Origin: Octopus vulgaris
Taxonomy: Eukaryota
DNA: 64,000 nt
NCBI GenBank assembly: GCA_951406725.2
Contig: OX597816.1
Location: forward strand, 75,888,001 to 75,952,000
Direction of reading: 5' to 3'
Part shown: positions 43,025-54,000 of the stretch, piece after piece
Layout of the letters: each line of letters begins with the position of its first letter
Numbering within the stretch: position 1 is the stretch's first letter
Program-made: the position numbers and the translations under genes
Notes under the pieces: generated by a model
What the model was told of the DNA's origin: nothing
Databases searched by the model: none
The model's input: only the letters and a program-made list of their open reading frames with translations

Positions 43025-43395
43025 TGTATGTATGTATGTATGTATGTATGTATGTATGTATGTATGTATGTATATATATCGCTAGTAAACCTTTTTTATA
43101 GTCTCTCTCTGTGTTCTTTTCTGTTGAAGAGCGTAAATCGAAACGTAAAAGACTTCCTCACTTCCTGAACGTTAAACTAATACATCTGTTTGTTCCTTAC
43201 ACACCCGTCTTCGTTTTTTGTTTGTTTGTTTATTTTGTAAATTACAACTATATATATGTATATATGCGTGCAGACACACACATATATGCCGACATCTATC
43301 TATTTATGTATGTATGTATGTATGTATGTATGTATGTATGTATGTATGTATGTATGTATGTATGCATGTATGTATGTATGTATGTATGTATGTAT
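42995..43395. repeat. (TATG)n microsatellites (42995-43072 and 43285-43395)
   Basis: Direct reading. Confidence 0.9.
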
Positions 43396-46300
43396 GAAAC
43401 ACACTTGAAAAAGACGTGCCCAACCAATGCACACCAAGAGCAACAACAACAACCACTACCACAACCAAAACACTCCGGAAAAAAGCTCTACTACCCACAC
43501 CACCATCAACACAGAAGACGACAAGAGAAGCACACCAAGCTAACCCGTCAACAACCAAAAATTACTCAACACCTGAGAAAATACCAACACCACAAACAAC
43601 AGCAAGAACCAAAGGGACAGAAAAACAAAGAAAATACACAAAAACTGATTCCCCATCCCTCATACCGCACTCATCACACACAAACACTCAACAACCAACA
43701 GCAACGAAAACAACAGCACAACCACTTACACAGACATACATAGAAGCCTACAACATACTGATTCCCCAGAAATTTCGTCGGAAGACGAAACCAGTGAGAA
43801 ATGGCAAATAGCTACATAAAGAAGGAAAATAAAGAGCAGAAACACAACCAAACCAAATGCAAACACAAACAAAGCAGGGGGAAATACATCTCCCGAAGAC
43901 ATTTCAAAACCCAACACAAACAACAGCCACACCAACATCACAAAAATATATACAGCAAACATGCTCACAGCTATAGACACCAAAAACACAAATTTGATGG
44001 AATACATCAAATCAAAAACAAACATAACAGAAGATGACATAGAAACAAACAATCACCCATACACAACACCACCAGACCACATCAAAATATTACACATCTC
44101 CAAAAGTCTGCACCACACACTCAAAGGCATTTTCCCCAGTGCGGTTGGTAAATGCCAAAAATATCTCACAAAGAAACTGTACTGGGATCTCCTCGAGGAC
44201 AAACCAAACGAGGAGAAAGCAAAAACTTTCGAGCAGTAAGTAACCCTCTGTTCCTTTCACTTGTATTCTAATTCATTAGGATTATGATCAAGATTGGTTG
44301 TGTAAATGCGCGTGGTTTGGGGTCCCCTTGGAAACAAGGGTACCTCTTAAATTACATAAAGTCACATAAGTTAGAAATCATAGCCATAAGTGAGACCAGA
44401 CTCCACAATCCGCGGGCCCTAAAGACCATGTTTGGCGGACAGTTCAACATTTATTTTCCCCCCTGTCTTCCAAGAATGGGCGGTAGTGGCACCGCGGTAC
44501 TTTTTCGCAAGAGTCTGGATCTCAAAGTAAAGACAATATTCGTAGACACGGAGGGTAGACTGGTTGTCCTGGATGCCGATGGCAGCAATGGGTGCGCTTT
44601 TCGACTCCTATCAGTCTACGCACCGCCCTTAACAGGTCGGGCGGATTTCTTTCAACGTCTAGAAGTATTCTTGGGAACGTCTCGTCCTTTACTCTTAGTG
44701 GGGGATTGGAATGCTACCTTGGACACGCATGTAGACTACGTGGGTAGAGATAGGAATAGACGGGGATGCAAATGCCTCAGAGACCTGCTCAGACGCTTTC
44801 AACTGTCTGACAGGGTCCGAATAGACCACCCAAATGCGCCAACGTGGACATGGAGCAACCGCATCGGGTCGTCGAGATCGTATCTAGATAGGATACTGTG
44901 TAGGATAGTAGATAGTGAGAGCGTAGGATGTCCACAATTCCACATAGTCAGCTACATGGATCACAAACTTGTAACATGTACGCTAGACTTAGGTAAGACA
45001 CTTAGGCAGGGTGCCGGATACTGGAAACTAAACGCGTCTTTCCCATCGAGACAGGTTTTCAGAGACCGGATTAGCACACTAGTAAAGAAGACTTTAACGG
45101 GAGCCATCATCAACAACAAATGGTGGTTTGCCCTCAAGAGAAAGTAAAAGCAGAAACGATTAGGTACAGCAAAGCACTAGCCATAGATAGAAATAGAGTA
45201 GAGGGTGAACTAGTTAAGAAGCTAGAAGAGGCAATTAAAAGCGGCATCGCATCCAACGTTTTGGCGGCTTTGTTGGCCCTCGACCAACACTTCAACGCCA
45301 AACACGAAGGGTGTGCTGTCAGAGCTAGGATGCGTGCTCTAAGGAACGAAGGTGTTGGAGCTGCGAGAGAGTCCCGGGTGGCAGAGGCGCAACAGGGCAA
45401 CAAAGCCGCCATTCGGTCTCTGGTAGATGAACAGGGGCGCGAATTGCTCGAGCCAAGTAAAATGTGTGAGGCCTTTCAACAGCATTTTGCCCAACTGTTC
45501 GGGACGAGTGGCGGGCAAGAACGTAGGGTGGACTTCAGTGCCTACCTACACAGCCTACCACGATTCTCGACAAGAGAGGCAGGGTGCTGCGAAGGTGCCA
45601 TCACGGCGGCGGAAGTACAGGACTCGATGGCAGAATGCTCGAGGGACAAATCACCGGGTTTGGATGGTCTACCCTACGAGCTTTACAATTGTATGCCAGA
45701 CTTGTTTGGAGATGTCTTGGCGGCGGTGTACTGCAACTGGCAGCAAAACGGGAGCATTCCTGGTTTTGTGAGCCGAGGAGCCGTAACACAGCTGAAGAAA
45801 GATCTAAACAAGGGAAATGTAATAAATAACTTTAGGTCCATCACTCTGCTTAATGCAGACTTGATAATTTTGGCCAAGGTGCTAGCCAAGAGGTTGGCAC
45901 TTGTCATCGAGAAACTGGTCGACAAGGCGCAAGCATGCGCCGTGCCGGGCCGGACCATCCATGACAACCTCCACCTGATGCGCTACATCATAGACAGGGT
46001 AGTTAACGAACCTGGCATGGGTGGGGCGCTGATCAATTTGGATCAATCGAAAGCTTTCGATAGGGTGGACCATCGATACTTGGAGGCAGTCCTCAGAGCA
46101 GCTGGCTTCGGTCCTGTCTAGCCTGGCAGTGCTACCGAGAAGCGCTACCCGTTCGGGATAAGCTCTACAGACACGGCTCGAGAAACACGGGGCCGACCTG
46201 CCCGAGATGCGGTCAGAGCGACGAAACCGTTCTGCACGCACTCGTGCAGTGTCCAACAATCTCCGACCTGTGGGCTTATGTCGAACGACTGCTGTCACGT

Positions 46301-47060
46301 GTGGGACGAGTCGGTTTATCAGCTGAGTCTATCGTCAATATTGTCACGCCTCCTTCCTTCAAACGGGAAGGAAGAGTTATTTTCATCATCCTTGTGGCTA
46401 TGGCGAAAGAATGTATCTGGTGGACACGTCCGAAAGGATTGGAGACAAACACTTTCCTCTCTGGTCAATCTCTCATCAACTTCTTCAAGTACCACTTGAA
46501 AAGGAAAGTGAGAGTAGAGAGAAAGGTTTTGTCTAGCGAATGTTTAAAAAAAAGATGGGTGAATGTAGCAAGGATGGCACGTATGAATGACGAAGCCACC
46601 TTGAGCATAATCCTATGAACCCAGAAACTGAAAACAGAGGGTTACCCACTTGCAAACAAATGTGGTAACATATAACAATATTGACCAAGGTCACCGTGGT
46701 CTTTTTCGTAGGCTTTCCTTCCTACGGATAAACCTTACTTGCTTTCCCCTTTACACCATACATCATAACACTGTGATACACGATCCCTATTGATCATTTT
46801 TTTCCTCTTCTCCTTTTCCCCCCCTTTTTTCTTCTTTTTTTCATTTCTCTTTTCTTTTGTTCCTTTTCCTTTTTTTCTTTCTTTTCTTTTTTTGTATTTT
46901 TTGTTCTTTTTTTCCCTTTTACGATCCCTTTTGATCGAAAACCTACGCCACCTTTTTTTTTGTCTCTTTTGTTTTTTGTTTTTTTTAATCCCCCAAAAGA
47001 AAAGCTCTACCTTGTAACTTGTCCCATCTGTGTGCAGCCCTGTGTGGCCAATAAAGAAAC
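43396..47060 (+). mobile_element. Tx1/L1-like LINE, 5'-truncated and internally deleted
   Basis: Thr-rich ORF1 tail, APE endonuclease, partial RT, C-terminal CCHC finger, U-rich 3' UTR ending AATAAAGAAA. Lies between (TATG)n and (TATC)n. Confidence 0.9.
44284..46618 (+). pseudogene. LINE ORF2 pseudogene (APE endonuclease - RT - zinc finger)
   Basis: NARGL, SET, VYAP, GDWNA, SYLDR, DH, GYWKLN; frameshift ~45140; KSPGLDGLPYE, RSITLLNAD, LDQSKAFDRVDH; jumps at ~46119 to LAWQ..REALPV..CPRC..ETVLHALVQC. RT catalytic YxDD is deleted. Confidence 0.92.

Positions 47061-47061
<1 letters not shown>

Positions 47062-47153
<92 letters not shown>
47062..47153. repeat. (TATC)n microsatellite
   Basis: Direct reading. 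Confidence 0.97.
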
Positions 47154-47226
47154 CTTCTCTCTCTATCAATACGTGTGTGTGTGTGGGTTTGTTTATTTGC
47201 TCACATTAGTACATTCATGTATTTAT

Positions 47227-47632
47227 ACTCTTTTACTCTTTTACTCTTTTACTTGTTTCAGTCATTTGACTGCGGCCATGCTGGAGCATCGCCTTTAGTC
47301 GAGCAAATCGACCCCGGGACTTATTCTTTGTAAGCCCAGTACTTATTCTATCGGTCTTTTTTGCCGAACCGCTAAGTGACGGGGACGTAAACACACCAGC
47401 ATCGGTTGTCAAGCAATGCTAGGGGGACAAACAAAGACACACAAATATATATACACACACACACTTATATATATATATATATACATATATACGACAGGCT
47501 TCTTTCAGTTTCCGTCTACCAAATCCACTCACAAGGCATTGGTCGGCCCGAGGCTATAGCAGAAGACACTTGCCCAAGATGCCACGCAGTGGGACTGAAC
47601 CCGGAACCATGTGGTTGGTTAGCAAGCTACTT
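47227..47632 (-). mobile_element. SINE family B, 3' part (split by an insertion)
   Basis: Stops at GTTAGCAAGCTACTT; the rest of the tRNA head resumes at 49834. Confidence 0.92.
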
Positions 47633-49833
47633 TATTTCAAAACATTTGCCATAAAGGCAGTACACAGATTAAGTTAGCTTTGCGGGCTGGACGAGGACAT
47701 TAATGAAGTGAATGATAATGAAAGAAAGATGATAAGGATGGGAGAAGACAAAAAGCGCCCGCCGACTTTCGCTTCTCTAAAACATTGTTCTTTTTAAGGA
47801 TAAACACAAAACGAGGTATTAAACCTCTTACAATTTTTCCAATTTTTGGATTTAGCAGTCCATTATTAATAAAAATAAACACAAAACGAGGTATTAAACC
47901 TCTTACAATTTTTCAATTTTTGAACTTAGCAGTCCATTACTAATAATAACAGTTCAATAATTACATATCGTCCTCGAAGTCACTTGTGCCCGCGCCCTCC
48001 ACCATCAATCACGCCTCCCTCAGAACGTAATCAAGTTCCGAGTCAGCGTCGCTCGGGACCAAGTTATAGTCTTCCTTGAGCTCCTTTAGCCCAAGCGTCA
48101 CGTCGAACGTCACGGCCTCCACAGCTACCTGCGGAGGCCATTCGGGGTCCTGTGTGAAGGCTAAAGGTGCTCCCTTGTGATGCTCTTCCATCACTTTTTC
48201 AATTTCTCCTCCTCTATAGAAGAGGACCAATACGTTCAGTTCTTTCGGTGGCGGCACAGTTCCCGCCAACGGTATTCCTTCTCTTGTCGGTGGCACAACC
48301 CCAACCGACGTAGTTCCGGGACATTCCGGTGCTACACTGACAGTCGGTAATGTCCCGTTTTTCTTCCTCTTTTTCTTTTTTTTCCCTTTTCAACTAGGGA
48401 GGGTGCGTCTACTCCGTGGCTGGAAGATTCGCCTTCCTCTCTTCATCCCTATTATCCTTTGGTGAGCACCCATTGTTGCTCACCTTCCTCTTTCGGCCTC
48501 TGTTTGAGGAGTCCTCTGCTTTCTCGGCCGTTATCATTCCCTCTTCTAGAGGGGTTTTACTTAACTGTTCCGGGATCCTATTTTGTTCCCGGGGCCAGTT
48601 CTTCTTTATGTGGCCGGACTCCAAGCACCGATAACACTTAGGGGAGCGACCCTCAAGCATCACCGGGTACCTGCACCCGGCCATTTTCAAAAAATCTGGA
48701 AGAACCAGATTGGCTGATTGGGTCCACAGGGTCAAAATTGCTTTTGACCCAACCCAAGCAGCCGCAGGAAGAACTTTTACATTAAGGAGCTTAGTTTCGC
48801 TGCCACCCAGACCCCGGCGGATAGTCTCCTCTATCCACTCGGGTTCTATGTCGGGTGGCAGGCCGCAAATCCAAGCTTTCATCAATTTCTTTTTTTTGTA
48901 CGTGGGCAGGAATAAGATTTCCTTACCCTCCAGGGGTTTGCTAGCAAATTTGCAAGCCTCTTCAGGGGTGTCAAATAGCAACCACACCGTTGCATATTTG
49001 ACACCCCTGGAAATGAATTTAATTGTTGGCAAATACTCTTCCAACTCCTTTTCAATTGCCGTCTTTTCGAATAGGGCGATGGTGTCGAGTGCCTTGGAGT
49101 AGGTTCTCAACACCACCGTCCTATCTTCACGGTCTTTTAACCACTTTTTAGGCGGTATGATCTCCCATTCCAAAAGTTTGTTATTTTTCGTTGTCATGTT
49201 TTGTTTTTTTTTGTTTCTTTTTTGTTTTTTTTTTAAATGTATTCAGAATAAAACTAAAAAACGAGAAGAAAAGGAAATCCGAAGAAAGTCACAGTGAAAA
49301 AAGGAGAGAGTCAAATAAAGTTAAAAAGAAAGTCAAATAAAGTTAAAAAGAAAGTCAATAACACAGCAAAAACCTTCTGGCCATTTGGTACTCCCGGCCT
49401 AAATTGAACCAGGAACGCACAACTTCCACAAAAATTGGTGTAAAATTGGTAAAACTTGTTCAAACTTCGGAGGCAAAATACTCCCCTATATAGCAGTTTT
49501 CACAAAAAGTTCTTTACAGCACAATACAATTCTCACAATTACGTGAAAAAAATATTCACTCAATTTATCGAAGACGGATACGCCCCTCCACTGTTTTTTT
49601 TTCAATGAACACAAAAACGGCAGCCGCCGAGAGCAGGCGAAATTGTCTCAGAGTTGGACACAACTTACTGAAATAATAATTGGCACGCAATAAATTATGC
49701 CCAACTCACAATAAACAAAATCCCTTACCTCGACAACTTTCCGTTTTTGGTCTTTTTTCTTTAATTGGACGGAGCTGGTTGACTCGCGTCCACTCTGGCT
49801 GAACAGGAAGCAACTGACTAACTGCGCATGTGT
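47633..49833 (-). mobile_element. ORF1-only (gag-like) non-autonomous retroelement with a 15-bp TSD
   Basis: TSD GTTAGCAAGCT(A/G)CTT at 47618-47632 and 49834-49848; ends ...GAAATAAA; no RT or endonuclease. Confidence 0.82.
48009..49197 (-). pseudogene. Tx1/L1-type ORF1 protein (RRM-like region + zinc knuckle), one frameshift
   Basis: ORF 48409-49197 has GLPPDI..EWI and LEGRSPKCYRCLESGHIKKNW (CCHC with the last C>W). One indel near 48412-48445 joins it to ORF 48009-48296 (~395 aa in total). Confidence 0.78.
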
Positions 49834-49871
49834 GTTAGCAAGCTGCTTACCACACAGCCACTCCTGCGCCT
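49834..49871 (-). mobile_element. SINE family B, 5' head remnant
   Basis: Minus strand AGGCGCAGGAGTGGCTGTGTGGTAAGCAGCTTGCTAAC. Confidence 0.9.
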
Positions 49872-49874
49872 ATA

Positions 49875-51244
49875 TATATTTATATATATTTGGCGGGGAA
49901 TTTGTATTTTATTTGTATTTTATAAATTTAAATTCTTATAATCTTATGTTTTTGTATTACATTTCAGTCTTATTTCTCGACTGTATTCCATTACATAAGC
50001 TTTGCCTCCACATATATTTCAATGTACTTTATAATACATTTTCTTTTCTTCAAGCATCACTCATCATTCTGTATCAATCTGTATCGTCAAGTTTCATTCG
50101 TCATTTTGTATCGTAAAAACTGTTGCCTATAAGGCGGAGAGCTGGCAGAATCGTTAGCACGCCAGGCGAAATGCTCAGCAGTATTTCGTCTGTCGCTACA
50201 TTCTGAGTTCAAATTCCGCCGAGGTTGACTTTGTCTTTCATCCTTTCGGAGTCGATTAAATAAGTACCAGTTACACACTGGGGTCGATATAATCGACTTA
50301 ATCCGTTTGTCTGTCCTTGTTTGTCCCTTTTGTGTTTAGCCCCTTGTGGGTAGTAAAGAAATAGGTATTTCATCCGTCTTCATGTTCTGAATTCAAATTC
50401 CATACAGGTCGACTTTGCCTTTCATCGTTTTGGTGTCGATAAAATATGTACCAATTGAGTACTGGGGTTAATGTAATCGACTTATCTCTCTGTTAAAATT
50501 GCTTGTCTAGTGCCAAAATTTGAAATCAATAGTTGCCTATTTATATTATTATACTAGTATAACGGTCTTCGAATTATTGCTCTATTGCATATTAACTCAT
50601 CTATACTTCACACATAAATTTCATCCAGATCACACTTCTATTCTTATGGAACTTCACCTCTTTCATGAAAGCCTACTTACACTCAGAACATAGTCTTTAA
50701 TATGCAGAACCAAATAATTGCTTCTAAAAATAAATATGTGAATAATAGATGTTATTACAATTTAATAATCTCACTAGCAATTATATTTCTGAACATTATA
50801 ATCGAAAATATCAATCCTGATATATAACATATTTTGCTCCTTGCTTTCTAGATTCTCCTAATGTATACAAATCAATACTATTGTTCTTTACACCAAAAGT
50901 AATACTAACATATAACTTCACTGTAATGTAAAACATAGTACTTTATCACTACTACAGTTAACTATTTTTATCTTTACATAATATATTTCAATGTACTTGA
51001 TTTTGCATTAATACCCTACAGCTTTTTATTATCTTTCGTATTCTATTCTTTGCATTTATTTCCAAATATATAAATGTCGCCTTAGGTTGTTTACGGAGAT
51101 ATCTGGATGTAAACTGTATTTTTCTTATCGAAAGTGAAATTCTACAATACCAGTTACTGTACATATAAGTTTTAAAATATTTTTCCTCAGCCGTATATCT
51201 TGATAGCTTTTTTATGTATATTCCCCGCCAAATATATATAAATA
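49875..51244. mobile_element. AT-rich element bounded by inverted repeats, hosting a SINE
   Basis: TATTTATATATATTTGGCGGGGAAT (to 49901) / ATTCCCCGCCAAATATATATAAATA (from 51220). Confidence 0.5.
50131..50531 (+). mobile_element. SINE family A, full dimeric copy with a 9-bp TSD
   Basis: TSD GTTGCCTAT at 50122-50130 and 50532-50540. Confidence 0.92.
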
Positions 51245-51269
51245 CATATACATATATTCTTTAATTGTT

Positions 51270-51450
51270 TTATTCTTTTACTGGTTTCAGTCATTTGCCT
51301 GCAGCATCGCTTTTAGTCGAATGAATCGACCCCGGGAATTCTTTGTAAGCATAAAACTTGTTATATCGGTCCTTTTTGCCGAATCGCTAGATTACGGAGA
51401 CGTAGCCACAGTTGTCAAGCGGTGGTGGGGGAACAATCAGACACACAAAC

Positions 51451-51486
<36 letters not shown>

Positions 51487-51640
51487 CAGGCTTCTTTCAG
51501 TTTCCGTTTACCAAATCCACTCACAAGGCTTCAGTCGGCTCGAGGCTGTAGTAGAAGACACTTGCTCAAAGTGCCACGCAGTGAGATTGAACCCGGAACC
51601 ATGTGGTTGGGAAGCAAGCTTCTTACCACAAGCCACGCCT
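51270..51640 (-). mobile_element. SINE family B copy
   Basis: Colinear with the other family B copies. Confidence 0.88.
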
Positions 51641-51642
51641 AC

Positions 51643-51693
<51 letters not shown>

Positions 51694-51725
51694 TATACAT
51701 ATATACATGCATACATTATATATAC

Positions 51726-51758
<33 letters not shown>

Positions 51759-52509
51759 AATATATATTCGTACATACATACATACATACATATATATATG
51801 TGTGCGTGTGTGTGTGTGTATGCATATATATATATGCATACACACACACAAACACACACATATACACACACATATATGTATATAAACACGCCATTTACAT
51901 ATATGTGAGCTATTGATATAAAAGAATTTAGTAATCATAATTATTGGACCTATATAATTTTAGACTCGAAACAATAACGATACCTTTGCTTGTTACAAAG
52001 TTTTAACATGAAAATCAATATTCACCGCATTTTTGACGATGAAATTCCTTAAAGATATTTGTAATTCCGAGCAGAACAAATAGCTCGAAGGTTTTCGTTC
52101 GAAATAAACTTTTTTCATGATTTTCTGATGGATGTTTGCATCATTTGCCGTTATAATCCGCAAGAGTTACGCATACATGAACACGATTAGACACAGATAC
52201 ACTCACAGTTATACACTGAGATATACATGCATAATCGCTCGCTCACACACACACACATGCAAACACACTTTTACACAGTTTCCACTCAAAACGGGCCTAT
52301 GGCAGAAGACACTGGCCCACCGCAGAACGAAACCGAAACGTAACGTTGCGAAGCGATCTTCTTCATTACGAATTGTTGTTGTTGTTGGTCTTCTTCTCAA
52401 CGCGTCTCTCCGCATTAGCAGCCAGGCCATACCGGTCAGAGCTGGTCATCCTGCTCGTAACCTTGTACTATTTTCTATCCAAACTGAGGTCCAGAGGAAA
52501 CTAAAACCT

Positions 52510-52549
<40 letters not shown>

Positions 52550-52555
<6 letters not shown>

Positions 52556-53706
52556 TGTCTGTGTGTTTCCCTAAAACTTGAGAACTACACAACCAATTTC
52601 ATTCAAATTTTACACATGTCTTACTTAGGGTCCGGGGAGTGTCATCAGCAAAAAGTTTTGAACTTTTTGCCTAGGGCGAGCCCACAGCAATATCATATCT
52701 TCTCCTCTACGATTCCCTAAAACTTGAGAACTACACAACCAATTCCATTCAAAATTTACACATGCCTTACTTAGGGTCCATGTAGTTTCATGGGCAAAAA
52801 TAAATGTTCAACTTCTTGCCTAGAGTGAGCCCATAGTAATATCATATCTTCTCCACTATTTCAGTATTACGTGTTAAAAGTGAAACAAAAACGTTTCTCT
52901 ATTTTATGTCAGATACTTTCACTTTAACAATAAAAATAATAACAATTGAATTATATGTAGTAAGTAATAATTAAAATCAAACTAAAGTATAATATAATCG
53001 TAACATAACAAAAGTAAAAATAGCAATTGGTATAAAATTGCATCAATGACTTGAACTTGAATAAGTGGTTTCACATGAATGGGAATAAATTAAAAATAAA
53101 ATTAGCGTGCAGAAAAGGAATAGTTCAGATGGATAATAAAAAATTAAATTAAAGAAAAGACTATTGTCTATAAAGTATACAATGTAGAGAAAAAAGATTT
53201 GAACACATGGAGGAAAGCACCTTCGAAAAGTGTCCTGGTGCGACTATGAAAGGTATCTAATCAGAGGCGGTAAATTCGCCACAATAGAAGCAAGGTTCGA
53301 GTCAACGGAGCGTGCAAGGGAGTACTCGACTCGAACTTGCAAAGTGGAAATATTTTATTTTTACCTTTATATCTGGGACGTAGGACGTCCCGGAAAAAAA
53401 AAAATTAAAAATGCCCCCCCCCACCCCAGAAGTAGAGGTAGGCTGGATTGTAGCCACACTTCTATACAAGAGGGAGGACAAGATACGATTGATCGAAATT
53501 ACGAGAGACGGGCTAACAATTCCAGTCTGTTATATATTTTGAGTATTGTTATCACTAGCGATATCAAGATATAACTTTGTATTTTGTATTTTATGTGTAG
53601 ATGTATATATATATATAGATGTACATGTAATATGTTCACATATATATATACACATATACACATGCACTAGCACTATGACTCGGCAACGACGGGTCTATAA
53701 TGCTAG
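52550..53706 (+). mobile_element. Helitron-like non-autonomous element with a ~147-bp internal tandem duplication
   Basis: Repeat TTCCCTAAAACTTGAGAACTACACAACCAATT at ~52567 and ~52713; 3' hairpin followed by CTAG|T at 53703-53707. Confidence 0.55.
53130..53500 (+). pseudogene. Degenerate paralogue of the ORF1 at 48009-49197
   Basis: KEKTIVYKVY...RGGKFATIEARFESTERAREYSTR aligns with EDRTVVLRTY...RGVKYATVWLLFDTPEEACKFASKP. Confidence 0.6.
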
Positions 53707-53760
53707 TATAATATAAATAAAATATATATACATATATACATACGTATATGTACGTACATC

Positions 53761-53826
<66 letters not shown>

Positions 53827-53888
53827 GATGTATGTACATATACGTATGTATATATGCATATATATTTTATTATATTATATTATATATA

Positions 53889-53942
<54 letters not shown>

Positions 53943-54000
53943 CATACATATATATATATACATACACACAGATACACAGACACATGTATATATATATACA
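53580..54000. repeat. (AT)n-rich microsatellite block
   Basis: Direct reading. Confidence 0.9.

Noticed and set aside
43111-43811. Gln/His-rich host protein
   Set aside because: It is an alternative frame of the A/C-rich LINE ORF1 tail fused to a microsatellite.
52567-52860. CRISPR-like direct repeats
   Set aside because: It is a two-unit tandem duplication without unique spacers, in a eukaryotic context with no cas genes.
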